This document shows positions 13,276 through 26,981 of a stretch of DNA of 64,000 nt, piece after piece. The notes under the pieces were generated by a model that saw only the letters and a program-made list of their open reading frames with translations, made no database searches and was not told the DNA's origin. The DNA comes from Octopus bimaculoides (lineage: Eukaryota): NCBI RefSeq assembly GCF_001194135.2, contig NC_068981.1, positions 152,792,061-152,856,060 of the forward strand, in the 5' to 3' direction. The translations under genes and the position numbers were made by a program. Position 1 is the first letter of the stretch; each line of letters starts with the position of its first letter.

Positions 13276-14435
13276 CTTGGAAATGGATGCGTGGCGTTTG
13301 ATCATATAGTAATATAAATAATATATATATATATATATATGCATATATACATGCCTACATATATATGTATATATACATGCATATATGGGTACAGGACGTC
13401 AAAAAACGTGAACAAAATGAAAAACGAGAACATAAAAAACAACAAAAACANNNNNNNNNNNNNNNNNNNNNNNNNNNNNNNNNNNNNNNNNNNNNNNNNN
13501 NNNNNNNNNNNNNNNNNNNNNNNNNNNNNNNNNNNNNNNNNNNNNNNNNNNNNNNNNNNNNNNNNNNNNNNNNNNNNNNNNNNNNNNNNNNNNNNNNNNN
13601 NNNNNNNNNNNNNNNNNNNNNNNNNNNNNNNNNNNNNNNNNNNNNNNNNNNNNNNNNNNNNNNNNNNNNNNNNNNNNNNNNNNNNNNNNNNNNNNNNNNN
13701 NNNNNNNNNNNNNNNNNNNNNNNNNNNNNNNNNNNNNNNNNNNNNNNNNNNNNNNNNNNNNNNNNNNNNNNNNNNNNNNNNNNNNNNNNNNNNNNNNNNN
13801 NNNNNNNNNNNNNNNNNNNNNNNNNNNNNNNNNNNNNNNNNNNNNNNNNNNNNNNNNNNNNNNNNNNNNNNNNNNNNNNNNNNNNNNNNNNNNNNNNNNN
13901 NNNNNNNNNNNNNNNNNNNNNNNNNNNNNNNNNNNNNNNNNNNNNNNNNNNNNNNNNNNNNNNNNNNNNNNNNNNNNNNNNNNNNNNNNNNNNNNNNNNN
14001 NNNNNNNNNNNNNNNNNNNNNNNNNNNNNNNNNNNNNNNNNNNNNNNNNNNNNNNNNNNNNNNNNNNNNNNNNNNNNNNNNNNNNNNNNNNNNNNNNNNN
14101 NNNNNNNNNNNNNNNNNNNNNNNNNNNNNNNNNNNNNNNNNNNNNNNNNNNNNNNNNNNNNNNNNNNNNNNNNNNNNNNNNNNNNNNNNNNNNNNNNNNN
14201 NNNNNNNNNNNNNNNNNNNNNNNNNNNNNNNNNNNNNNNNNNNNNNNNNNNNNNNNNNNNNNNNNNNNNNNNNNNNNNNNNNNNNNNNNNNNNNNNNNNN
14301 NNNNNNNNNNNNNNNNNNNNNNNNNNNNNNNNNNNNNNNNNNNNNNNNNNNNNNNNNNNNNNNNNNNNNNNNNNNNNNNNNNNNNNNNNNNNNNNNNNNN
14401 NNNNNNNNNNNNNNNNNNNNNNNNNNNNNNNNNNN

Positions 14436-14785
14436 CGGCCAAGGAAGCTTTTTGATCCCATTTTCAGTCAGCCATTGTTGATTCCTTTTCGCTGTGTGGC
14501 ATGAAGCCCCATCTTCTATGAATTAAAATTCACTTTTCGTAATGTTATCGTGTGAATACATTGGAAGTAGTCCTTGCTTAAGTATTTCGAAGTGTTTTTC
14601 AGAGTTTATTGTTCCAACACATTCGATCAACTCAGAATGATCGTTGCTGGTGATAGCTCCCCATACCATTACAGAGATACTGCCAGGTTTCACAGTTGGT
14701 TGGAGTCGTCTCAAATCAAATTCTAGATTGGGAAACCTCCAGACCCAAACATGTCCACTGTCTGAAAATAATGCAAATCTGGATT
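14436..14785 (-). mobile_element. Tc1-family transposase fragment (DDE region)
   Basis: Minus strand translates ...FSDSGHVWVWR...QPTVKPGSISVMVWGAITS...GTINSEKHFEILKQGLLP...EDGASCH..., typical of the Tc1 catalytic domain. Bounded by N gaps. Confidence 0.85.
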
Positions 14786-17282
14786 NNNNNNNNNNGATTG
14801 CCCAACAATACGACCTCTTTGAAAATCTGACAGTTCTGCTGAATTATTTGTGCGTGGCACGGTTACTCTTCGAAAATGTTTAATATAATGACACCTGGAA
14901 TGAAAAGGAATAATTACATTGTAAATTCTACACCGCTGAAAACATATTAAGACGCTTAGATCAGAAATTTTGAAAATTAAAGGTGTCTATTTACTTCTTG
15001 CATGCCTGTGTATGTACATATCTACATATATATGTATATATACTTGCATATATGGGTACAGGGCGTCAAAAAACGTGAACAAAATGAAAAAGGAACATGT
15101 AGGTATGTACATATATGTATGTACATATGTTCGTTTTCCATGTTTTTGTTGTTTTTTTATGTTCTCGTTTTTCATTTCTTCACGTTTTTTTAATGTTCTA
15201 TACCCATATATGCATGTATATATACAAATATATGTAGGTATGTACATATATGTATGTATATATGCATATATATATATTATTTATATTATTATATGATCGA
15301 ACGCCACGCATCCATTTCCTAGTAAGTTTTATCTTAATAATTCAGATGCGCACTCCACACTCTCTATTCTCCCTTCGCTTATTCTTCTTTCTTTCTGTTT
15401 TTCTTCTTCCCCCCTTTACCGTTCTCTTTCTCTCCCTCTCTCTCCCTTACTCTTCCCCCTTGACTCTGTCGTTGCTCACACGTGACCAGCGGCTATCGTT
15501 CTTTTTTCCTCTTGCTTTACAAGAAATATGACCTACTTTTGCCTGTCTCTTGTCACAGCTCCTTTCTCCAGCGTTCACCACTTCATCTCGTTATGGCTTA
15601 ACAGCCCTCACCGCTTGTTTTAACTATTTTGTTCTTACTGTCCTGTTTTTGTTACCACTTTAACCCTCCGCAAAAATCCCAAATTTTATTTAATTTGCTT
15701 TGCGGGAAGGACTGTTTTAACGAAGTCACGTCTTGTCTTAACCTTCGAAATGCGGAATAGATAAAACAGGGAACAGCTAATGAAGAGATTGTTCTTTATG
15801 TTGCCTGTCTCGTTTCTNNNNNNNNNNNNNNNNNNNNNNNNNNNNNNNNNNNNNNNNNNNNNNNNNNNNNNNNNNNNNNNNNNNNNNNNNNNNNNNNNNN
15901 NNNNNNNNNNNNNNNNNNNNNNNNNNNNNNNNNNNNNNNNNNNNNNNNNNNNNNNNNNNNNNNNNNNNNNNNNNNNNNNNNNNNNNNNNNNNNNNNNNNN
16001 NNNNNNNNNNNNNNNNNNNNNNNNNNNNNNNNNNNNNNNNNNNNNNNNNNNNNNNNNNNNNNNNNNNNNNNNNNNNNNNNNNNNNNNNNNNNNNNNNNNN
16101 NNNNNNNNNNNNNNNNNNNNNNNNNNNNNNNNNNNNNNNNNNNNNNNNNNNNNNNNNNNNNNNNNNNNNNNNNNNNNNNNNNNNNNNNNNNNNNNNNNNN
16201 NNNNNNNNNNNNNNNNNNNNNNNNNNNNNNNNNNNNNNNNNNNNNNNNNNNNNNNNNNNNNNNNNNNNNNNNNNNNNNNNNNNNNNNNNNNNNNTATATA
16301 TATATATATATATATATGATCTCAAAAAACGCAGTGCAATTACGACCATTTTCAAATATCCGAAGTAGGTTGTCACTAAAAGCTCCTATTTTCTTCGCCA
16401 ACAATACCCTGCATGGAGGACTAATTCTTTCTCTTATGATTCTCCAGGATGACATGAGACATGTGCAGTAGGTAATTTCCAGTATAGTTTCAAGCTTTTC
16501 GTGTTCAGATAAGAAGAACCATAAAATATTACAGATCCAACCGCTACGTAGGAAAAGTTTACATTCAGATTATCTGAGAATTTAGATTTCCATATGCTGA
16601 GACTTAAGTGCTGTTTAGCATTTGCTGATACATAGATTAACCCCCTGACTCTCTACATACTATGTTGCTCCCGAGGTTCCTAAAAATACCTACCCTTTAA
16701 AATAATAATGAAGATTACGTTGATTACTAAACCCTAATGTTAGATGCTATTTTAAAAGTTACTACATTACTTCACTGTATGGAAGATGACGCATAGGATT
16801 AAGGCTAGACAAACGGAATTCATTGGATACAACTTAGTGTGGCTTTGATAACACTGCTCGATCGCGTTCAGTTTCTCATCGTATTATTAGCGTTCTCTCT
16901 ATATTGAATAATATGTACATTCAAATAGATATAAGTCATAAAAATATCAAATAATTAGTAATGGCAGTAAAAATTTTAAAATATAACGTAATGACTGGTT
17001 TAATGTGAAGGTTTGAATAATACTTTATAAACGAGTCAAATGAGGAAAAGGAGAATGGTGAGGCGTAGCGAACATTATCATTGCCGGTTCTCCCAGACTG
17101 GTGAGATTGATGTGGTTGATATTCAGTTTGAACATATGTCCACGTCAATTTTCTGCAGGAAAGAAACCACGAGCAAAGTGAATGGCTCAGGTGTATAGTT
17201 TGAATGCTTGCAGACAAGTTAATTAGGCTAAAGTCATCAAAGAGCCAAGTATTGATGTTAAATTGGAAGAAAAAAGTAAACA

Positions 17283-17439
17283 GGCATGGCTGTGTGGTTG
17301 AGAATCTCGCTTTGCGACCACATAATTAAGGCTTCGATCCCATTGCGTGTCACCTTGAGCAAATATCTTCTACTATAGCCTCGGACTAGCCAATGCCATA
17401 TGAGTGGATTTGGTAGGCGGAAATTGAGAAAGCCTGTCC

Positions 17440-17475
<36 letters not shown>

Positions 17476-17730
17476 CGTGCGTACATGTGTGTACGAATGT
17501 GTGTGTGTGTATGTGTGTGTGTATGTGTGTGTGTATGTGTCATTGTTTTTGTATTTTCCCTTCCCCGCCACGTGACAACCATTGTTGGTTTGTTTAGATC
17601 TCCGTAATCTCGCAAAAGCGATCGACAGAATAAGTATCGAACTTTAAAAAGTTAAATACTGGGGTTGATTTATTAAAGAAAACCTCCATCCAAGCTGTGC
17701 ACATAGCCGTCGTCCAATGACTGAAACACG
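17283..17730 (+). mobile_element. SINE family B copy with internal (TG)n (further copies ~6060-6390 -, 38690-38940 -, 39870-40230 -, 44062-44170 +)
   Basis: tRNA-like head TGGCTGTGTGG...TTCGATCCC, body GCAAGTGTCTTCTACTATAGCC...GAGTGGATTTGGTAG.CGGAAA shared among the copies. Confidence 0.75.
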
Positions 17731-19246
17731 TTACATAAGAAAGAAGAAAAAAGATAGTTTTAGAGACATGTGTCTTTCTTTGAAGAAAGTTGTGTAGGAA
17801 AAGAGAAAAATGTAATTTTCTTGACAGCCAAAATTGATGCGCTCCGAGCAGTGTTTGGCGAATTTGGGCACACTAAGAACAATACCAGTCAATGTACACC
17901 TGACTCCAAGAAACAAAATACAGAGAGACATTCCATCTTACCGGTAAATGACACATATTGAATTACACAAACTTGTAGCCAATAAGAAATTAAACACTAT
18001 AAATATAAATAGTTCTAAACAACTGAATTCTTAAATTAAAATATTTGCAGATTTAATTAAAGACTTGAAATATATATAAAAAAAAATAATCTATTTCTGA
18101 AAATCAATTTTTCAGATGTTGTTTCAAGATGTTAGTATTTTCTTCTAAGTTGGCTGTGATGAATATTGCAAATGCTGGGTTCAATTATCTAGCCAATAAA
18201 AGAAGAAATGTTGATTTACATACACTAAGTGGCTATTTTTATTAATTTCTCCACCCTTTGATTAAGACGAATAATTATAAAATGACAATTGAAGGTTAAT
18301 GTTGAAACAAGCATACACACACACGCACACACATACACACACATACACACACACACATACACGCACACATACACACACACACGTATATATGTAAGTATGT
18401 ACATGTATCCTTTTATGTATGACTGTATGCATGTATGTACACACACACACATATGTACACGCACGCGCACACATATACATATATATATATACACACACAC
18501 ATATATNNNNNNNNNNTACATATATATATATACACACACACATATATACATACATATATATATGTGTGTGTGTGTGTGTGTGCATTCATACACACACACA
18601 CGTACACATATGCATGGAGAGAGAGAGAGAGAGTGGGAGGAAGAAAGAGAAGGAGAGAGAAATAGAGAGCGAGACCTTTTTACCTTTTTCTTGTTTGTTA
18701 ATGTGACGGATGGTGTCAATCTAGCTTATACATGTATTTATTTATAATGATTAATGTATTGCTATAGTTGATCCGATAAATAATGTCAACTGCTTAATCT
18801 ATAACGCTCTACACACAAACATACACAGACATACCTACACACATAATATCCGTGTGTTTGTTTGTGCGTGGACACACACGCACGAGATACTCAAAAAGCT
18901 TAGAGAAGCCGTTAGGAGGAAGATGTCGAACAAGGATTCCTATTCACCATGACAATGTGCAACATACACATCTTTAGTAAAAAAAAGATCGGGCAATCAG
19001 CGAGTGTGGGCAAGTATATGTATAATTCAGGTCTAACGCCCACCGATTTCACCTGTTTGGTACAATGAAGGATAATTTTCAGAGATAGCGATTTTTTGAC
19101 AGAGACAAAGTAAAAGGGACTGTGAAGGAGTGGGTACAGTAGGGTACACCTAATTTTTTTTAAAGACTATTCGAGAGTTGGGTTCGACAACGTTTAGACA
19201 ATTTGAATAACCAATGATTCTTAAAAACGTTTTGCCCGCTTTTGTA

Positions 19247-19438
19247 CAGGGTGTCCACAAAGTCTGGGTACATGGAGTAAATAAAATCATAACATAAACA
19301 ATGAAATATAAGAAATAATAAATTCTTAAAGTATGTGTTAATCCCCATGTGGGTACATGGAGTAAATAAAATCATGACATAAACAATTTACTATAAGAAA
19401 TAATTAATCCCATGTACCCAGACTTTGTGGACACCCTG
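19247..19438. mobile_element. Tc1/mariner-type MITE, 192 bp
   Basis: Perfect 29-bp TIRs CAGGGTGTCCACAAAGTCTGGGTACATGG with TA on both sides. Internal ~37-bp direct repeat. Confidence 0.9.
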
Positions 19439-20653
19439 TATTTACTTTCGTTATAACCTTCGCGGGGGTGTGTGCTCATGATATTTTTTCCCGACGTATT
19501 GTACTCCGAATTCAAATCCCATCGACGTCAACTTTGTCTTTTACCCTTTGGGGTCAAATAAAACGCACCAGTCTGGGGCGGTGCAATGGGGCATCTGTTT
19601 AGGGTCCGGCAAAATGGAAACTGGCTTAATAATAATAGTTATATTTGTAGTTAAAATTGAAATTATTGGAAACTATAAAACATTTTCACAAGGTAGAATA
19701 CCCTGAAAGCAGCTATTTTTCAACTATCAATCTGTATGTAAACACAAAAAAATTTTCTATTCTCTCGATTCCTAATTTATTTATGTCCTACGGAGAAGAA
19801 AAAGAGAGCCATTTCATGACTTTCTCCCAGACAGTTATTATTTCCATCTTAAGGAAATTTCTCATTTCATAAAATCTTTAATAGTCACGGGTTAAGACAT
19901 ACTAAGGATCTCTAAAAAAGAATGAAATAGTGCTGTACATGATTACCAGTAACTAGAAACGTTAAGAAATTTATATTAAGTAATCAAAAAAAAAATTATA
20001 GATTTGTGAATTCTATGCATCTTTTTTTTATTATAGATTTCTAATCCTGTTTCATATTATAGCGAGATTATTATCTCCCTTGCTATAGCTGCAATCGTTA
20101 AGGGAGCTACATGAGTAAGATTAATATAATTTGTCCATTCTAAGATCATTAACAGCTCCACAGGGCGCAGGTAATTTCTTATTAATATTTTCAGCAGCCT
20201 TACAATAATATTTCGCTTGTCTCAAACTTCTCAGTAAGTAAAACATTGAGAAATATTCTTCCAGAAAACACCGTGATTCACAGACGTATGTGTAAGGGTG
20301 CTTTAATTCTGTCATTTAATTACAGTCATTCTGAACCACCATTTTCAAGAGATTTTGAATCTATTGTATCAGCCTTACTACTTTATCTGGTACTATTTCA
20401 TCTTTCTGTCGAAAGCGAAATACGAAATGGTCCGAACATTAAGAGGGGTAATAAAAAGGAAAATTAATAACGGGTATTTTTATTACCAATGCAGATTCTA
20501 CCAACCCACCTCGATACATAACATGCACACATATCCACAAAAGTATGTCTGTGTATCTATCTGTATGTACGCTTGTATATATANNNNNNNNNNNNNNNNN
20601 NNNNNNNNNNNNNNNNNNNNNNNNNNNNNNNNATATATATATATATATAAATA

Positions 20654-21821
20654 TTAGGTCGTGGTAAATTTTAACAGCTGCTCATTTTGCGCCATTATTA
20701 TATTTTGACAATCTTTATTTTTTGTTAGAAAGCTGACACGTCTATTTCTTTATTCTAACTCATTTTGCGCTTTATAAAGTATATATAAATCAATTTTTGC
20801 TACTTTTGTTTAGAGATGGATAAGTCGGAAATTCGTACAGTTTTGAAATATGAGTTCTTTCTTGGAAATACAGCATCACAGACAACTCGGAACATTAATG
20901 GAGTATTTCATTCTAATGTTATTAAACAGCGGGCAGTATCACATTGGTTTGCAAAATTTCGTTCTGGTAACTTTGACTTCACAAATGAGCAACGCGGTCG
21001 ACCAGAAACAAAGGCGGTTAATGACGGACTGAAAGCCACCGTCGAATCAGATCCATCTCAAAGTGCCCGTGAATCATCGTTGTTGTTTAGTGTTAGCAAG
21101 CAATATTGACTCACCTCCTAAAGTGAAAAAGTTGGATAAGTGGGTTCCACATGAACTAGATAAAAATCAGTAACAGCAACGTTTGGAAGCTGCTTTATGC
21201 TACTTTTTCGTCACAAAAATGAATCATTTTTGAATCAAATTGTAACATGTAATAAGAAATGGATCCAATACAACAACCGTAAACGTTCATTATAATGGTT
21301 GGACAAAGACGAGCCACCAAAACACAATCCAAAAAGCAAAATTTCTCAAAAGAATCTGATGGTGTGTGTTTGGTGGTCTGGCAGGTGTGATCCATTATGA
21401 TTCCATTAAATCTGGACCAAAAACAGCCTAGATTAGTCAACAGATCCACTCCAATTTTATTGCAAGACAACGTCAGACCACACATCACAAAAATGACAGT
21501 AGCTGGAGTTAAAAATTCTCCATCATCCACCATACTCACCTGATCTTGCCTCCACTGACTACCACTATTTCCAGAATTTGGATAACTTTTTGACAGGAAA
21601 AATATTAATTCCGACGATGCCGCAAAACAGGCCTTCCAATATTTTATTGACTATAGATTGCCAAGCTTTTACAGTTCCGGGCTGGACAAGCTACCGCTGA
21701 AATGGCAAAAGTTTATTGACAATATGGGTGCATACTTTGAAGAATAAAACTATTCCTTGTATTTATAAAACATTAGCAAACTTTTTTTTTTCTTCTACAA
21801 ATTTCATACCTGATGACCTAA
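20654..21821 (+). mobile_element. Mariner DNA transposon, near full length, inactivated
   Basis: Transposase remnants MDKSEIRTVLKYEF...WFAKFRSG (HTH), KWVPHEL, LLQDNVRPH, HPPYSPDLA and a C-terminal KWQKFIDNMGAYFEE, with stops and frameshifts. Ends TTAGGTC.../...GACCTAA flanked by TA. Confidence 0.92.
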
Positions 21822-22839
21822 TATATANNNNNNNNNNNNNNNNNNNNNNNNNNNNNNNNNNNNNNNNNATATATATATATATATATACATACACACACGC
21901 AAACACACACACATACACACACACACATATACATGCGCAGGTTTGTTTCCATGTATTTATGTATGCGTATATATATATGTACACATGTGTAAATATATAC
22001 ATGATTATATAGAGATCGGGAGAGAGGGAGAGAGAAGGAAAGAGGGAAAGCGGTGAGAGGAAACTGCGTTGGCGATCACTTTCGAAGTCTTTTCTCTAAC
22101 AATAACATTAAACAGAAGCTACAATCAATGTCAGAACTGTTGTCTTTATTTGGAGAATTTATTTAATTTATCTTAAACACAGTTTTGGATCCAGTAATTT
22201 TGCTACTATTACCGTTTGTTAAAATACCGAATTGAGAATAACAAATCCTAATCCATGATACAGATATTTTTCGAAATCGTAAATCATTTCCGGTGACTTC
22301 AACTGTACATAATTTATTTGTTTATTTATTTTTCAAGGTCTCTTCAATAACAAGAATGCACCAAGTAAACTGTTAATAATAGAATGGAAATACAGTATCA
22401 ACGTTGTGTGGCTGCGGCCAGCATCGTAAATCATCAGGTAAACTCCTATTGAGTTGCATGCTGGTTCTGTTTCCTACTCGGAGCCAATTCTCTTTACTTT
22501 CGTTGATAATATCCTTATAGAAAGTATCAACACTCTACCTCGCCTCCCTTTCTCCCACAATCAACTTAAGGCTTTTTGCCTCTTAGACGTCTACATAATG
22601 GTCAGTTAAAACGTTGCCAAATGCAACTAAAGATAACTGTAAGCTGGTTTCATGACAAGATTTCAGTTCCCTCTTATTTCACTTCTTCGCACAACTAGTT
22701 AAACCTATTAGAAAAACGACTCTGAAACTTACGATTTCAATTTTACTTTCCCAATAGATATTGAAAAGATTGTGAACGTTTAAGAAACTAATTTTATTTG
22801 ATTAATACATGATTTCACAAAATATTGAGGTCCATTTTA

Positions 22840-24060
22840 GTAACTTCCCTCACCTACCATCCCTCCACCTCCGGCGATTCCAGTCCCACCCCTCCACTTC
22901 ATACATCTTTCCCAAGCTACCCCTTCGCTCCTTCAAACGAGCCCACAACCTACGTGACCTCCTGGTCCACAGTTTCTTCCCTAACCCCACCTCCCAACCT
23001 AGCTCGTTCCCCTGCTCTCGCCCATGCTGCCGCACTTGGCCCTATCTCTCCAATACCACCATCCTCACAGACACTCATCATCGTCCCTATCGTATTACTG
23101 ACTCTATTACCTGCACTTCTAGCAACGTCATTTACTGCATCTCCTGCTCTTTCTGTGCTTCTCTATACATTGGTCAAACGGGACGCCGATTGGCTGACCG
23201 GTTCGCGGGGCACCTACGAGACATTACACTCGGCAATGACACCCTGGTCTCGCGCCATTTTTGCTCTACCGGTCATTCATTACAGCACCTGTCTGTGTTC
23301 GGATTGTCTTTGCACATGGACTATCCGGACTTCCGCCTTCGTCGTGAACAAGAATTAATCTTCTCTCTTCGCTCCTTTGCTCCACATGGGCTCAACTCCC
23401 CTCTCCTCTCTTACCATGGCACCTGCTTCCTCTCTTTACTCCTACCCACCTTCTCCCTTCATTGATACCCCTCCGTCCACACCCCGCCCCACATCCTCAC
23501 CCTACCCCCACATCCTCNNNNNNNNNNNNNNNNNNNNNNNNNNNNNNNNNNNNNNNNNNNNNNNNNNNNNNNNNNNNNNNNNNNNNNNNNNNNNNNNNNN
23601 NNNNNNNNNNNNNNNNNNNNNNNNNNNNNNNNNNNNNNNNNNNNNNNNNNNNNNNNNNNNNNNNNNNNNNNNNNNNNNNNNNNNNNNNNNNNNNNNNNNN
23701 NNNNNNNNNNNNNNNNNNNNNNNNNNNNNNNNNNNNNNNNNNNNNNNNNNNNNNNNNNNNNNNNNNNNNNNNNNNNNNNNNNNNNNNNNNNNNNNNNNNN
23801 NNNNNNNNNNNNNNNNNNNNNNNNTTCTTCCTAACTCTCTTGTCCAACTACCTTTTTCCAACCAGTCATCATGATTGACCGCTAAATCCACAATTTAAAA
23901 AAAATTCTTTCGCTCTTTATATCCTCGTGTTCGTTTCTGTTGAAGAGCGTAGGCTCGAAATGTAAAAGACTTTCTCACATTCCCGAGCGTCAAACTAATA
24001 CACCTGCTTGTTGTTTATACACATGTCTTCATCTTTTGTTTTTCTGTAAATTTCAATTAT
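22840..24060 (+). mobile_element. Penelope-like retroelement 3' fragment with GIY-YIG endonuclease
   Basis: ORF 22809-23465 contains FKRAHNLRDLLVHS, CTSSNVIYCISC...YIGQTGRRLADRF..H, RHF and EQELIFSL...PHGLN. Pyrimidine-rich tail and a pseudo-LTR-like end at ~23930-24060. Interrupted by an N gap. Confidence 0.9.
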
Positions 24061-24289
24061 ATAAATATATATCTAATATATATATATATGTATGTGCATA
24101 TATATATATATATATGCATATATGTATGTGTGTGCGTGAGTGTGTATCCGTACATATATATATGAAGGTGTATATATGTGTATATAAGTGTATATGTATA
24201 TATAAAAATATACATTATATATGTATATGTATGTCTGTGTGCATGTGTGTTTATATATGTATATGTGTGTGTTTATGTGTATATGCATC

Positions 24290-24342
<53 letters not shown>

Positions 24343-24662
24343 NNNNNNNNNNNNNNNNNNNNNNNNNNNNNNNNNNNNNNNNNNNNNNNNNNNNNNNNNN
24401 NNNNNNNNNNNNNNNNNNNNNNNNNNNNNNNGTGTTGATGATGAGAAAAACATGTAATCGTTACCAATATAGCAAGAGATTTCACCGCAAAAAGTCTAAA
24501 GTAGACTCCTTAAGTTCTCCTTGGTTATATATCCAAAATTTTAAATTTAAAAGAGAGTTTTGACGCTAATACCCATTATTTGACATAGGAATAGGAATAA
24601 ATTTCAATAATTTCAATAATAATGGATATTTGCGTCAAAACTCTCTTTTAAATTTTAAATTT

Positions 24663-24702
<40 letters not shown>

Positions 24703-25739
24703 TAGAATTATATCTTTGTATGTGTGTATATACGTCACAAAAAATCTTTATTGAATTTTAAACCTAGGAATTTCTTCAATCCATGGGTTTTAAATTAATA
24801 AAACAAACTTATGCTTATATTAATTATTTATTTATCATTAATTAACCTCTCCTGGACATATATTACTCCCTTCTTAACTCAAGGATTTTTTTTTTCGATA
24901 TTATACAATACAATATATTTTACTGCCCAATTTATGCACCCCGACAAGCCCAATCGTTAGCGAATACATGTTTTCAAAATAAATTAGCCAATCAAATTCA
25001 AATGCTCATTCGTCGAATTGAACCATACCAAATTATATATTACCATTACAATTTTATTCCATTCTGTATCACAACTGCCCGACGGACGGGAACGTGAAAC
25101 CCCGAGTAGAAATTGTTTTTGTGATGTTTTTGCAGCTTTAACAGAAAAGCATATTACTCTACCTTCGGTATTCAAGTACTATTTTTTCCACCTTGTTTTG
25201 CATTTATGTGCTTACTCGTGTGTAGGGTATATATATATAATACAAAAATGGGACAAGAAAGCAACACATCCAGACAGTTAGGTGATACAAAAAAGGGACA
25301 ACAAACATCCAGACAGACAAAGAAAAGAAAAGGACGGGTCATTCGGAGTTTTCTATCCTCAGTCGAGTTCCAGATCATCTCTGCAATTTTGGCTGGTTAC
25401 ACTCAAGAATGCTGAGAGCATTCTTGTGCAATGCAATGATAGCTACCAAAATTAATTATCTATATAATAATCTGTTTGTTCGTTCATCCATTATACTTTG
25501 GTTAGTTAGAGAGGTGGAGATGAAGTGAGTGAGAGTTGGAAATGGATTGAGTGAGAGGTGGAGTAAAAATGAGAGAAAGAGAGGAAAGAAATGAAGGCGT
25601 AAATTCTTTCAAAATCTATATTATGTTTCTTACACCAATAAATACAAAACGCTGTTTTCTCTTTTATAAGTAATTTCTATTGTTTTCTTTTCCATTTTAT
25701 TTCATAGATATTATCATCAGGCTTGTTCCTTGACGGATA

Positions 25740-25821
25740 ATGAACACTATCCTTAAGTACTTCTCGAAGAAAATGTCAAGTGAAACCAAGCCTATGGCAA
25801 ATGAAACCAAGCCTGCTGAAG
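25740..25821 (+). CDS. Possible alternative first coding exon (MNTILKYFSKKMSSETKPMANETKPAE) of the transglutaminase gene
   Basis: Exon-like unit 25708-25821: strong acceptor ttttcttttccattttatttcatAG, ATG at 25740, consensus donor GAAG|GTAAGC in phase 1. In frame with the acceptors at 55286 and 60707, but not with 52126. No homology support. Confidence 0.35.
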
Positions 25822-26476
25822 GTAAGCTAATGTTTATATTTCTACTAACAAGCTAGTGTTTGTTATGTTTCTACTAACAAGTCAGTGCTTGTTATGTTTC
25901 TACTAACAGGTGAGACGAGAATGTGAGATGGTGCAGAAATGAGAGATGGTGCAGAAATAAGACAACAACGTATGTTGAGGAGACAGCTCGTAGCATAGGG
26001 GAGCGGGAGTTTAAAGAGGAGAAAAGCTCGTCCGTGCTCTATCAACATGATCAATTAGTATATTGAAGATCGGTTGATAACATAAATGTTCAGGCATTAT
26101 CAGCGCATAGAACAAACACGATACTGAGACAGATTAGAGAAGCCACACAGATTGTAATAGACAGACCTAGCCTCAGTAGAAAACAAGAATGGAACAATAA
26201 CTCCCTCATTATCACACTACGCGACTAAATGTAGAGTGGAATGAAAACAAAAGAGACACAATTACAAACAGTATAATACATAAAGCCATACACACACACA
26301 CACGCACAAAAGACACACGTACCTAAGACGAAATCGAAAAAGAAATAGAGAAATTAATAAGTAAATAAAAAAAACTAAATAAAGGGCGCGAATACAAACA
26401 GTATAGTAAGGAAACCCATATACACACACGCAAAACACCAATACAAAACACATAGACAAGCATGCACACACGTACA

Positions 26477-26514
<38 letters not shown>

Positions 26515-26946
26515 TACAGACGTAAACGCATGCGCAGATAAGGATACACACCACAGAAAGATTGAATGGACTAAACAGAACAGGAGGAGACATGTGGGAT
26601 GGAGGGTCGCTGAAGAGGTCACAGGTTGTGTGACGAAAGATCTCCAGACAGTGGACATAAAATAAGAACAATAATAAATCTGAAGTGAAGTAAAAAAATG
26701 ACCGTCCCAAAATATAACAATATCATTATTATCATTAAGCTATATTCTCTGAATATATATATATATATATATATGGGAGAATGTACGAAAAAAAACAACA
26801 GACGAGGACAGGGTGTGTGTGTGTGTGTGTGTGTGTGCGTGTGTGTGTGTGTGTGTGCGTGTGTGTGTGTACGTGTGTGTGTGTGCGTGTGTGTGTGTAT
26901 GTGTGTGTATATATATATATATATATACATACACACACACATATAT

Positions 26947-26981
<35 letters not shown>

